Assembly (NCBI GenBank): GCA_965276675.1
Contig: OZ255624.1
Coordinates: forward strand, 2,362,943 to 2,426,942
From: Acidobacteriaceae bacterium
Lineage (GTDB): Bacteria; Acidobacteriota; Terriglobia; Terriglobales; Acidobacteriaceae
DNA length: 64,000 bases
Direction of reading: 5' to 3'
This document shows positions 55,345-64,000 of the stretch, piece after piece. The stretch's first letter is position 1, and each line of letters starts with the position of its first letter. The notes beneath the pieces were generated by a model. The model saw only the letters and a list, made by a program, of their open reading frames with translations. It was not told the origin of the DNA and did not search any database. The position numbers and the translations under genes are program-made.

Positions 55345-56760
55345 TTGAAGAAGAGAAGTCTCCCGTCATTTGCTGTCACTCTGCTTCTGGCAGCAACTCT
55401 CCTGTCGCTCCTTACAAGCTGTGGGCAGAACACCTACTTCGCCGGACGTCCTCTGCCGCCGAGCGGATTAGTGAACCGCGTCCTGGTAGCCGTGCAAAAT
55501 CCCGGCCCACCGAGCTCGACGTTGAGCTTCGTCGACGCGAATTACGACATTAACCATCCTTATAAGAATGCCAATAGCCGATTCAGCATTGGCGGCTACA
55601 ACGGGAGCAGCCCGGCGACGATCCAGAACCTGCCGGAGGAGCTGACCGGGTTTATATACGGCGAGGGGGATGGAAGCTTTACTCCGGTGAACTATGCGGC
55701 GGAGACCTCCGGGACCGCGCTGTATCCGGCGAGGACACCGATTGCGACGAGTATCTTTGTCTCGCGGAGCCGGCAGTATGTGCTTTCGGCGAACCCGTCG
55801 GCGCATTCCATGACGATCTACGACAATGGAGCGGTCTTCGCTCTGAACGTGCCAGGGGTCTACCGTGTGGCTTTGAATCCGAGCGCGACCCTGGCGCTGG
55901 GATTTGTGCAGAACAGTAACGATGTGTACAGCATCTTCCGGCTGACTACACCACAACAGTTACAGTTCTCCACGCCAGCGGCCTGGCAGGCCAAGGGCTA
56001 TCAGGATTGCGAGCCGCAGAATCTGCCAATCTATTGCGCGACCAAAGTCGCGGACCCTGGCGGTGTCTTTGATCGACCGGCAAAAGCGCTCTTTTCCGCG
56101 GATGGTCAGTCCATTTTTGTGTTGAATTGTGGCCTGGAGTGTGGCGGCACACAGGCGGGCATCGTGACCATTCCGGTGACAACCAGTGCGCTGAATGGAA
56201 ATGAGAGTGGTCCGGCTGGGAGTTTGCTTGTGCCTGGCAAACTGCTGCCCATTCCGGGGGGAGCGACGGATGCGATCCAGAACAGCAATACACTGTACGT
56301 CGCCGGACAAAGCCGGCTGCCAGACGATCTCTTCAGCGGCAATCTGACGGTGGTGGACCTGCCCAGCTACACGGTGACGAGGACCTATGGCATCAGTGAC
56401 GGCACGCATACCAAGATGGTCTTCGCGGACGACAATACGTTGTGGATCGGATCGCAGGGCTGCCAGGCAGGGGAACGCTTCGCGCTGAGCCAAACCGGGC
56501 AAAATGTTCCCTTTGGCTGCCTGACCATGTTCAATACGGCGAAGAACAGCGTCCTTGTGGATGCTTATAAGGGCGACTTAACGGGCGAGACCTCTGTGCA
56601 ATTGCTGCACAAAGTGTATGTGGCCGAGGGTGGGCAGGTGCACATCTACAATACCGTAGATGGCTCGGAGCGGGATAACTCCAACGTGACGGTTACCGGG
56701 ACGGCGTATGACGTCGCGTATATGGATGCGCAGACGGATGGCGATAATACCACTTACTAG
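55345..56760 (+). CDS. lipoprotein, beta-rich (propeller-like), unknown function
   Basis: With a TTG start at 55345 the N-terminus is MKKRSLPSFAVTLLLAATLLSLLTSC, a lipobox-type signal. Alternative in-frame GTG starts are at 55264 and 55321. I recognise no family. Confidence 0.6.
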   Translation: MKKRSLPSFAVTLLLAATLLSLLTSCGQNTYFAGRPLPPSGLVNRVLVAVQNPGPPSSTLSFVDANYDINHPYKNANSRFSIGGYNGSSPATIQNLPEELTGFIYGEGDGSFTPVNYAAETSGTALYPARTPIATSIFVSRSRQYVLSANPSAHSMTIYDNGAVFALNVPGVYRVALNPSATLALGFVQNSNDVYSIFRLTTPQQLQFSTPAAWQAKGYQDCEPQNLPIYCATKVADPGGVFDRPAKALFSADGQSIFVLNCGLECGGTQAGIVTIPVTTSALNGNESGPAGSLLVPGKLLPIPGGATDAIQNSNTLYVAGQSRLPDDLFSGNLTVVDLPSYTVTRTYGISDGTHTKMVFADDNTLWIGSQGCQAGERFALSQTGQNVPFGCLTMFNTAKNSVLVDAYKGDLTGETSVQLLHKVYVAEGGQVHIYNTVDGSERDNSNVTVTGTAYDVAYMDAQTDGDNTTY

Positions 56761-56784
56761 CGAGTTAGCAAGTCAGCAAAACAA

Positions 56785-57528
56785 TTGAGTAAGTTAGCGA
56801 TCTCTCAGGGCGCGCACAATCTGGTGGATGTGCTGGCCATTGCGGCACATCGCGACGACGTCGAGCAGACTTGTGGCGGCACCCTGCTCAAGATGAACGC
56901 GCTCGGCTTGCATACTGGCATCCTCGATCTGACGGAAGGTGAGGCGGGGACGCGCGGGTCGGCCGAGGAACGCGGCCGCGAGGCTGCGGAGGCTGCGCGC
57001 ATTCTCCGGGTGCAGTGGCGCGAGGCGCTCGATCTGCCGGATGGACAGGTGGAGAACACCTACCCCAACCGCCTGAAGATAGTGCGCGTGTTGCGGGAGC
57101 TGCGGCCGCGGGTCGTGATCCTGCCCTACTGGCAGGGAAGGCATCCGGACCACTATACCTCTGCCACTCTAGGCTACGAGGCATGCTTTCTGTCCGGGCT
57201 GGCAAAGGTAGAGACGGGCACCGCGCCACATCGGCCGTTCAAGGTTCTGTATGCGAGTTTGTACGCGGATGTCCGGCCGAGCTTCGTGGTCGACATCACT
57301 CCCTATATGGAGCAGCGCTTGGCGTCGTTGCGGGCCTACCGTTCGCAGTACACAGACCAGCCGGCGGGTGGAGGGCTATTTGTGCCAGAGGCAGAGATCC
57401 GCGAGCGAACTTTTTCGATGGCCCGCCACTATGGTCTGCTTGGTGGCGTCCGCTATGCCGAGCCTTTTGTCCAAAAAGAGATCGGTCTGGTCGACGACCT
57501 GATGCTAATCCCTGTCGCTTCGATGTGA
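56785..57528 (+). CDS. PIG-L/LmbE-family N-acetylglucosaminyl deacetylase (BshB1-like)
   Basis: VLAIAAHRDDVEQTCGGTLLK (AHxDDxE metal motif), HPDH, and EPF near the C-terminus. The start is uncertain (TTG 56785 or GTG 56824). Confidence 0.8.
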   Translation: MSKLAISQGAHNLVDVLAIAAHRDDVEQTCGGTLLKMNALGLHTGILDLTEGEAGTRGSAEERGREAAEAARILRVQWREALDLPDGQVENTYPNRLKIVRVLRELRPRVVILPYWQGRHPDHYTSATLGYEACFLSGLAKVETGTAPHRPFKVLYASLYADVRPSFVVDITPYMEQRLASLRAYRSQYTDQPAGGGLFVPEAEIRERTFSMARHYGLLGGVRYAEPFVQKEIGLVDDLMLIPVASM

Positions 57529-57530
57529 GG

Positions 57531-59369
57531 TCAGGCGGGAAGTTGAGCCGAGACGAAGCCCATCGCGGTCTTTTCCGGAAGATAAACGCGGACGATGGCG
57601 CCGTGAAGCTCCCCATGCACGTTGTTGGTGATGCGGACGGTGCCGCCATGCTTCTGTATGATCCCTAAACTCACCCAGAGACCCAGGCCCGTGCCACGCT
57701 CGCCTTTAGTGGTGATAAAGGGCTGAAAAAGCTTCTTTTCGACATGAGGCGCGATGCCCGGACCACTGTCGCTGATCTCGACGAGCGAGCCGGCACGGCC
57801 GTCCTGCGGGGTGGCGGGATGAATTTGGATGCGCACCCGGCCTCGCGAGCCGGCGGCCTCCGCCGCATTGGCGATGAGGTTGGTGAAGACCTGACGAAGT
57901 TCGCCGGGGAAGCCCTGGACCTCCGTCGGGTGGGTGTAGCTCTGTTCGACCACGATCCCCTGATCCTTCATCTTGCGGTCGAGCAAGAGCAGGACGGAGC
58001 TGATCAGTTCTTCGAGATTTACCTGGACCGGCACCTGAGATTCGCGGTAGAGGCTGAGCATGGCCCGGCTGATTTGCAGGGTGCGGCCGAGTTCCTGCTG
58101 GGCGAGCGTAAGATACTCGCTGCGCTTGCCGGAGTCATGTTCGCTCGCGAGCAGGAAGTGCAGGTTCGCAACCGAATCCAGAGGGTTGTGGATCTCATGC
58201 GCGATGCTGGCGGCAAGCCGCCCGGTGACGGCGAGTTTTTCGTTGGCGATGAGGTTGGCTTCGGCATGGCGGAGTTCGGTGACATCGCGGAAGACAACGA
58301 CCATGCCTTGCGGGGTATCGCCGTCGTTCTGGACCGGGCAGGTAGTGTGATCGACAGAGTACTCCGTGCCATCACGGGCGACCAGGAGACTCTGGCTAGC
58401 CAGCTGCCGTGTTTGCGAGCGCCGAACCTCTTCCAGGATATTTGCTATCGGCTGGTGCGTGTGCTCGTTTACCAACTTGAGAATTGCACCCAGCGGGCGA
58501 TTGGCAGCTTCGGCGAGCGGCCATTGCGTGAGCTTCTGGGCGACCGCATTCATGAAAAGAACAGTTCCAGCCGCATCGCAGGAGATCACTGCGTCGCCGA
58601 TGGATTCAAGAGTTGTGAGCAGGAGGTGCTGGCTGGCGCTTAGCTCCGCATTGCGTCTTTGCAGCTGTTGCAATGCGGAGTTATAGGCGTTGGAGACACG
58701 TTTCAGGCGACTGCTGGTGACAGTGCCGATGAGTATGCCGGCGGCCAGGGCCAGACCGAGGACCACCAACAGAAAGTTGTCAACGCGATGCCGTACCTGC
58801 GTCGAAAGCGCGTCGCGCTCCACGGATTCGGAGCGCACCAGACTATCTATATCGGAGCGGAAGGTGTCCATCAGGCGCTTGCCCTGGATGGTGAGCTCCT
58901 CTCCCTGCGGCAAGGATTTCGCCCGTCCCTGGACCGTTGCGGCGGCAAACTCCTGCCAGCGGTGAAGGTCGGCGGCCATGGCGGTAAAGGCCGGGAACTG
59001 GTCTGGACTCGCGGTTTTTGAACTCTCCGCATAAAGACTGCGAAGACTCGTGAGCGTTTTGTCGATGCGGGTAGCGGCGGTGTGGTATGGGTCTAGGGTC
59101 GCGGGCAGGCCAGTGAGCTGGTATCCGCGCATGCCCGTCTCCTGATCGAGGGCGAGGCTTCCCAAACGGTGCAGAGTGCGCAGAATCTGGTCGCTGTGAT
59201 CCACCTGGCTCTGGACCACCAATGTCTCCTGAATCTGCCAGACAAGCAGCCCGGCGAGCAGGGCCAGAAGGACCACCGGGAGGAGTAACGTGGTGCGAAG
59301 AATTCGATTGAATTCGAGGAGATTGACAGGGCTCTGACTATTCATGGAGAGAGCGGCGTTACGGGGCAA
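57531..59369 (-). CDS. sensor histidine kinase with CHASE3-like extracytoplasmic domain and PAS
   Basis: TM segment, then the CHASE3-like DQETGMRGYQLTG region, a second TM, PAS (LLTTLESIGDAVISCDAAGTVLFMN), the H-box ASIAHEIHNPL, and HATPase boxes (NLIANAAEA, DSGPGI, GTGLGLWVS). Confidence 0.85.
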   Translation of the reverse strand: MPRNAALSMNSQSPVNLLEFNRILRTTLLLPVVLLALLAGLLVWQIQETLVVQSQVDHSDQILRTLHRLGSLALDQETGMRGYQLTGLPATLDPYHTAATRIDKTLTSLRSLYAESSKTASPDQFPAFTAMAADLHRWQEFAAATVQGRAKSLPQGEELTIQGKRLMDTFRSDIDSLVRSESVERDALSTQVRHRVDNFLLVVLGLALAAGILIGTVTSSRLKRVSNAYNSALQQLQRRNAELSASQHLLLTTLESIGDAVISCDAAGTVLFMNAVAQKLTQWPLAEAANRPLGAILKLVNEHTHQPIANILEEVRRSQTRQLASQSLLVARDGTEYSVDHTTCPVQNDGDTPQGMVVVFRDVTELRHAEANLIANEKLAVTGRLAASIAHEIHNPLDSVANLHFLLASEHDSGKRSEYLTLAQQELGRTLQISRAMLSLYRESQVPVQVNLEELISSVLLLLDRKMKDQGIVVEQSYTHPTEVQGFPGELRQVFTNLIANAAEAAGSRGRVRIQIHPATPQDGRAGSLVEISDSGPGIAPHVEKKLFQPFITTKGERGTGLGLWVSLGIIQKHGGTVRITNNVHGELHGAIVRVYLPEKTAMGFVSAQLPA

Positions 59370-59724
59370 GGGCTACCAGCTCTTTCACCTTGCGCAGCAG
59401 GGGGAGTGCACCGTCTCCTTTATTGACGACCATGTCCACCAGCCTGGTGACCTCTTCAGGAAGAGTGAGATACGCGGAGAGCAGGAGGATGGGGATGCGC
59501 GGCTTTAGATCTTTGAGGGCCTTCGCGACCTGGGCTCCATCCATCTCAGGCATGGCGTAGTCGAGGACGACCGCATCGACGTGGTTGGCCTGAAAGAGCG
59601 CCAGCGCCGACTTGCCATCATTTGCCGTTAAGACCATGTAGCCCTCTTTTTCCAGCACGACGCGGCGGATCTCGAGACCGAGAACCTCGTCGTCTACGCA
59701 AAGCACTGTCGCGGCCCGAAACAC
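59359..59724 (-). CDS. single-domain response regulator (CheY-like receiver)
   Basis: 121 aa with VLCVDDEVLGL...AVVLDYAMPEMDG...LLLSAY. The 3' end overlaps the kinase ORF by 11 nt. Confidence 0.85.
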   Translation of the reverse strand: MFRAATVLCVDDEVLGLEIRRVVLEKEGYMVLTANDGKSALALFQANHVDAVVLDYAMPEMDGAQVAKALKDLKPRIPILLLSAYLTLPEEVTRLVDMVVNKGDGALPLLRKVKELVALAP

Positions 59725-59821
59725 CTATGCCACCTCATTCCATATGGTCCAGCCGATTGGATTGGGCATTTTCAGTCAGCGAAGTGTAACACTAGCTGAA
59801 TCCTGGGCGGCATGCCAGCCG

Positions 59822-59857
59822 CCGCAAGTTGTAACCCCGGTTCCGCAAGTTGTAACC
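59822..59857 (+). promoter_or_regulatory. two perfect 15-bp direct repeats (CCGCAAGTTGTAACC) 21 bp apart, upstream of phoB
   Basis: Read directly: 59822-59836 equals 59843-59857. A third degenerate copy (GTTGTATTG, 59870-59878) keeps the 21-bp phase and overlaps a TTGACA hexamer (59876-59881). Confidence 0.5.
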
Positions 59858-59982
59858 AATGATCGGATGGTTGTATTGACAGATTCACACTCCTTTCGCA
59901 ATCCGAGCTGGATCGATGCGGTAGATTAGGCCAAGCTTACCTAAATGGAACAATCCGAGTCCCTCCTAAGGGGTCATGGTAC

Positions 59983-60702
59983 GTGGGCACAGAAGGGCAG
60001 CATTTGAGTCAGACGATATTCGTGCTTGAAGATGAACCGGACATCTCGCGATTAGTGCAGCATCAGCTCGAAGGTGCGGGTTTCGCAGTGCGCACCTTTG
60101 GCACTCCCGCAAATATTATTCCCGATGCCGAACGCCAGGCGCCCGCACTCTTTTTGCTGGACATCATGGTGCCGGGTGGGGATGGTCTAGATGTCTGCCG
60201 CAGACTGCGCAGCCACCCGGCGCTGAGCACCACCCCGATCATTTTTCTCACGGCACGTGTGGCGGAGAATGACCGAGTGCTGGGGCTGGAGCTGGGGGCT
60301 GACGACTACATCACCAAACCCTTTGCCACGCGCGAGTTGCTGGCGCGGGTCAAAGCGGTGCTGCGGCGCTTTGAGCGGCCGACCGCGCCCTCCGTCATCT
60401 CCTTTGAAGAGATCATGATCGATGCCAGCGCGATGCAGTTGAAGGTCCGGGGCGAGCTGACGACCACAACAGCGACGGAGTTCCGCCTGCTCGATTACCT
60501 GGCCCGGCATCCTGGACGGGTCTTCAGCCGCGACCACCTGCTGGATGCAGTCTGGGGAGATGCCCGTTTCGTCACGCCGCGTTCGGTGGACGTTTATGTG
60601 CGGCGCATCCGTGAGAAGATCGAGACGGATCCGGAGAATCCGCGGTACTTGAAGACTGTGCGCGGGGCTGGGTATCGCTTTGAGGTGCCGCGGGCGGTTT
60701 AG
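59983..60702 (+). CDS. phoB: phosphate-regulon response regulator (OmpR family)
   Basis: Receiver domain (IFVLEDEPDISRLV...FLLDIMVPGGDG...FLTAR...GADDYITKPFATRELLARVKAVLRR) and winged helix (TATEFRLLDYLARHPGRVFSRDHLLDAVWG...YLKTVRGAGYRF). It is followed by phoR and pstS. An alternative TTG start is at 60004. Confidence 0.85.
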   Translation: MGTEGQHLSQTIFVLEDEPDISRLVQHQLEGAGFAVRTFGTPANIIPDAERQAPALFLLDIMVPGGDGLDVCRRLRSHPALSTTPIIFLTARVAENDRVLGLELGADDYITKPFATRELLARVKAVLRRFERPTAPSVISFEEIMIDASAMQLKVRGELTTTTATEFRLLDYLARHPGRVFSRDHLLDAVWGDARFVTPRSVDVYVRRIREKIETDPENPRYLKTVRGAGYRFEVPRAV

Positions 60703-60758
60703 GCATTTTCTCCTCCGCATTCTTCTCGACAGCACTCTTTTCTCTGTAGGGCGGGCTT

Positions 60759-62591
60759 GTGACAGGCAGAGTATTTTCCAAGCTGCTGTTTTCGTTTGTG
60801 TTGGTGCTGGTGATCGGCACCGCCATCCTTGACTTCTCCATCCGGCGCATCGTAGACCATGCCCTGCGCGAACAGATTGAGCAGAGCCTCATCGGCGAAG
60901 CCCGGCTGCTGGGAGCGCAGCTTGCTGCGCGCGATCCAAGTTTTTCGGTGAGGTTGGGTGCCCCGGGGGGGCTGGTGCGTGCGGCAGCAGATGCAACCCG
61001 GGCGCAGGTCACCATCTTCAGCCTTAATGGGGAGGTACGCGCCAGTTCGGGAACCGGTGTACCTGTCGGGATACCTGTGCAGGGTCCTCGGCCGGAGCTG
61101 GAGCAGTTGCGTACCGGCGGCCCTCATGCTTCGTCTTCTACGGTAGGCAAAAATGTGCGCAGCCACACGCTCTTTGTCGCGGTGCGAGCAGGGAATCTGG
61201 TCGTGCGCATGGCCTATCCGCTGGCTGAGATCCAGACAAAACTGCACCTGCTGCGGCGGGATATTCTGCTGGCTTCGCTGGTGTCGCTGGCACTGGCCAC
61301 GATGCTGGCGGCGGTCTTTGCGCAGCGCGTTGCCAAGCGCCTGAGCCGGATTGTCGCCTTTGCGGAGAGGATCGCGGCCGGGGATCTCTCGGCGCGCGTG
61401 GAAGAGAGGCAGCTGGATGAGATCTCGGCAGTGGCGCATGCGCTGGATGCCACCGCGAGCCAGCTGGAGACCGCCTTTCACTCGCTCGAAAGCAGCCGGC
61501 GCGAGCTGACCGCGCTGCTGGACAGCATGCAGGAGGGCGTGATCGCAGTGACTGCGTCCCGGCAAGTGAGCTGGTCGAATGCCGTAATCGCCCGGCTTTC
61601 GCACCAGACGGTGCGAGAAGGGCGGTCGCTGGTGCACACCATTCGCGATCCAGATGTGCTGATGTGCGTGGAGTCCGCGCTGCATCAGCGCAAAGTGTGT
61701 ATGGGGCGCGCTACGTCCGTCTCGCCAGGGCGTACCTTCGAGGTCAATGCGGCTCCCATGCCCGGAGGTGGGGCAGTGGTAGTGCTGCACGACGTGACGG
61801 AGATCGAGCGGGCCGAGACGACGCGGCGGGACTTTGTCGCCAACGTCTCCCATGAGCTGCGCACACCGCTCACCTCCATCTCTGGCTATGTGGAAACCAT
61901 GCTGGATGGGGGAGAGCCGGTCAGTGATCAGGCACGAGACTTTCTGGGAATTATTCTTAAGAACGCCAGCCGCATGAATCGCCTGACCGAGGACCTGCTG
62001 GCGCTGGCGCGGGTGGAGTCCGGCGATTACAAGCTGTCGTTGCAGCCTATCCGAGCATCGGCGCTGGTGGAGGATGCGGTTGAATCGCTGACGCCGGTTG
62101 CCCACGATGCCGGGCTGGCGCTGGAACAGGGAGAGAGGGCACGGGAGTTCGTGATGGCGGATCCCGATGCGCTGCAGCAGGTCTTCGGCAACCTGATCGA
62201 GAACGCAACGAAGTATGGACGTGCCGGGGAGCGGGTGCGCGTGGGGGCGATCCGGCGGGACCACGAGGTGGAGTTTTTTGTGCAGGACTTCGGCCCGGGG
62301 GTTGCGTCTGAGCATCAGCCGCGTATCTTTGAGCGCTTCTACCGGGTGGACAAAGCGCGCTCACGGGAGTCTGGCGGGACCGGTCTGGGGCTTTCGATCG
62401 CGCGCCACATTGTGCACGCACATGGAGGAGATATCCGGATTGAAAGCGAACTAGGATCCGGCGCGACTTTCTTCTTTGTGCTGCCGATGGCGGAAGACCA
62501 AGGGGCAAACCAGGGATCCAGAGGGATGGAACACCCTGCGGCAGAGCAGGCGGCACTGCCTCTGGCCGCACCGCAGCCAGCCAACGGATGA
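60759..62591 (+). CDS. phoR: phosphate-regulon sensor histidine kinase
   Basis: N-terminal TM segment, a HAMP-like region, PAS (LLDSMQEGVIAVTASRQVSWSN), the H-box DFVANVSHELRTPLTSISGYVETM and HATPase boxes (NLIENATKY, QDFGPGV, GTGLGLSIARHIV). Confidence 0.85.
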   Translation: MTGRVFSKLLFSFVLVLVIGTAILDFSIRRIVDHALREQIEQSLIGEARLLGAQLAARDPSFSVRLGAPGGLVRAAADATRAQVTIFSLNGEVRASSGTGVPVGIPVQGPRPELEQLRTGGPHASSSTVGKNVRSHTLFVAVRAGNLVVRMAYPLAEIQTKLHLLRRDILLASLVSLALATMLAAVFAQRVAKRLSRIVAFAERIAAGDLSARVEERQLDEISAVAHALDATASQLETAFHSLESSRRELTALLDSMQEGVIAVTASRQVSWSNAVIARLSHQTVREGRSLVHTIRDPDVLMCVESALHQRKVCMGRATSVSPGRTFEVNAAPMPGGGAVVVLHDVTEIERAETTRRDFVANVSHELRTPLTSISGYVETMLDGGEPVSDQARDFLGIILKNASRMNRLTEDLLALARVESGDYKLSLQPIRASALVEDAVESLTPVAHDAGLALEQGERAREFVMADPDALQQVFGNLIENATKYGRAGERVRVGAIRRDHEVEFFVQDFGPGVASEHQPRIFERFYRVDKARSRESGGTGLGLSIARHIVHAHGGDIRIESELGSGATFFFVLPMAEDQGANQGSRGMEHPAAEQAALPLAAPQPANG

Positions 62592-62736
62592 TCTCTGAAC
62601 CAAGTTCTCAACTGGAAGTCCTCCCGGGACCGTTTCTTCCGCTTTTTACCATTATGTAAACGTGCATTCACATGGCGACGCCAAACTTGGGACGCCACTC
62701 ATTGGCATTCCTACTGTTCCCCAGGGAGAAAACTTC

Positions 62737-63744
62737 GTGAAAAAGATTCTGTCTTTGGCAGCCGCGGCACTGGTGTGCGGCGCGGCCACTCTAGGTTACG
62801 CACAAAAGCTTAACGGTGCGGGCGCCACCTTTCCGTATCCGATCTACTCCAAGTGGTTTAGCGAGTACAGCGCGCAACACCCCGGCGTCGAGATCAACTA
62901 TCAGGCGATCGGTTCGGGTGGCGGCATCCGCCAGGTCACGTCCGGCACCGTGGATTTCGGCGCCAGCGACGGTCCGATGACCGATGAGCAGCTGGCTGCA
63001 TCGAAGGTCAAGATTGTGCATATCCCGACGGTTCTGGGAGCGGTGGTGCCGATCTATAACCTGCCTGGGATTGGCGGGGACCTCCATATCGCGCCGGATG
63101 TGCTGGCCGACATCTATCTAGGCAAGATCACCAACTGGAACGACGCACGCCTGCAGAAGGACAATCCGGGCGCCAAGCTGCCGAACCAGGATATCTTTAT
63201 CGTGCATCGCTCTGATGGCAGCGGCACGACATATATCTTCACCGATTTTCTTTCCAAGGTGAGTCCGGAGTGGAAGAGCGGTCCGGGTAAGGGAACCTCC
63301 CCGAGCTGGCCGCGCGGCATTGGCGCCAAAGGCAATGAGGGCGTCGCCGGCATGGTGCGGCAGACACCGGGGGCGATCGGCTATGTGGAGCTGATCTATG
63401 CGCTGCAGAACAAGATCGACTATGGCACGGTGAAGAACCCGGCGGGCGCTTGGCAGAAGGCAACCATTGACTCCGTGACGGCCGCGGCGGCGAGCGTGAA
63501 GCAGATGCCAGCGGACTACCGCGTCTCCATCACCAACGCCCCGGGCAAAGATGCCTACCCGATCTCAAGCTTTACTTGGTTGTTGATCCCCAATCCAGCT
63601 CCGGATGCGGCGAAGGGAAAGATCATCGACGAGTTTCTGCGCTGGATGCTGGATCACGATTCAGAGGCTACATCGCTGGACTATGCGCCGCTGCCGAAGT
63701 CGGTAGAGGACAGAGTGCGTACCACCATTGGGCAGTTGAAATAG
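62737..63744 (+). CDS. pstS: phosphate ABC transporter substrate-binding protein
   Basis: GTG start 7 nt after GGGAGA. Signal peptide VKKILSLAAAALVCGAATLGYAQ. GAGATFPYPIYSKWF, YQAIGSGGGIRQV, FGASDGPM and HRSDGSGTTYIFTDFL are canonical PstS blocks. Confidence 0.95.
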   Translation: MKKILSLAAAALVCGAATLGYAQKLNGAGATFPYPIYSKWFSEYSAQHPGVEINYQAIGSGGGIRQVTSGTVDFGASDGPMTDEQLAASKVKIVHIPTVLGAVVPIYNLPGIGGDLHIAPDVLADIYLGKITNWNDARLQKDNPGAKLPNQDIFIVHRSDGSGTTYIFTDFLSKVSPEWKSGPGKGTSPSWPRGIGAKGNEGVAGMVRQTPGAIGYVELIYALQNKIDYGTVKNPAGAWQKATIDSVTAAAASVKQMPADYRVSITNAPGKDAYPISSFTWLLIPNPAPDAAKGKIIDEFLRWMLDHDSEATSLDYAPLPKSVEDRVRTTIGQLK

Positions 63745-63755
63745 ATCTGGATACG

Positions 63756-63783
63756 CGGAGCGCTCTCGCAGAAGAGCGCTCCG
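63756..63783 (+). other. 11-bp perfect stem-loop between pstS and the next ORF
   Basis: CGGAGCGCTCT (63756-63766), loop CGCAGA, AGAGCGCTCCG (63773-63783), 12 nt after the pstS stop. No T-tract follows. Confidence 0.6.
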
Positions 63784-63877
63784 ATCGTGGGCATAGTACG
63801 GGTTTACCTCCCCCGAAACCCGGCAGCATACCTGTGCCCGAGATCCTTTAATCTTCTATTCACCGAGGCTACGTACC

Positions 63878-64000
63878 GTGGACAAGGTGATTTCACGAGC
63901 GCAGGTACCGAATTTGGCACAGACTCCGGCAGGTCCTTTGCAGGCAGAGCCCGGCAGCGCGCCTTCGCAGCAGTCTCCGATTCGCGCTTTCCTCAGCAAA
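63878..64000 (+). CDS. pstC: probable 5' end of pstC (phosphate ABC permease), truncated by window end
   Basis: An open frame runs from GTG 63878 to the window end (VDKVISRAQVPNLAQTPAG...IRAFLSK). The call rests on position after pstS only; no TM segment is yet visible. Confidence 0.4.
   Translation, partial: MDKVISRAQVPNLAQTPAGPLQAEPGSAPSQQSPIRAFLSK

Noticed and set aside
60699-62315. 538-aa minus-strand ORF
   Set aside because: It is antisense to phoR, which has unambiguous H-box and ATPase motifs. The translation is Arg/His/Gln/Pro-rich nonsense. The same reasoning applies to the antisense ORFs inside carB (24245..25555), carA (21367..22128), the VirB10-like gene (18996..19880), dnaE (47755..48555) and others.
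1-64000. Scan for CRISPR arrays, rRNA or tRNA genes, IS elements, integrases, phage genes and known multi-gene defence systems
   Set aside because: I saw no regularly spaced repeats, no transposase, integrase or recombinase-like ORFs, no rRNA-like conserved strings and no foldable tRNA. Apart from the RelE/RHH pair, nothing resembles a characterised defence module.

Overview
The window is a GC-rich chromosomal segment; GC was judged by eye and not computed. The gene content points to an Acidobacteriota (Terriglobia-like) genome, which is inference only. The supporting features are TonB-dependent receptors with carboxypeptidase-regulatory-like N-termini, a giant Ig-repeat surface protein, YVTN/PepSY clusters and REP-like intergenic hairpins.

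I can support about 50 protein-coding genes, mostly housekeeping:
- RNA and DNA metabolism: pnp (5' partial), dnaE and xseB.
- Cell wall and secretion: murA, murQ with a serine hydrolase, and lepB.
- Central and amino-acid metabolism: carA and carB, a DapA-family gene, korAB-like 2-oxoacid:ferredoxin oxidoreductase, a multicopper oxidase, and a fused homocysteine methyltransferase/MTHFR.
- Phosphate regulon: phoB, phoR, pstS and a partial pstC.

I recognised no rRNA, tRNA, CRISPR array, transposase or integrase.

No classical defence or mobile system is visible. The items most worth follow-up are:
1. A 1430-aa surface protein whose sedolisin (S53) head has lost all four catalytic residues by my alignment.
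2. A tightly packed six-gene operon at 34835-43470: a PhoA-like protein lacking the Ser nucleophile, a TonB-dependent receptor, a YVTN propeller, a PepSY-TM protein and a CusRS-like two-component system.
3. A RelE/RHH toxin-antitoxin pair plus an exported unknown protein wedged between carA and carB.
4. Two RNA-processing enzymes with long charged, disordered C-terminal tails: PNPase, and a CCA/poly(A) polymerase-family enzyme.
5. A gene-decay zone with LysR and MOSC remnants around a lower-GC cassette.
6. Phased direct repeats upstream of phoB that look like undescribed Pho boxes.

All functional calls come from motif recognition by eye and memory of reference sequences. No searches were run.
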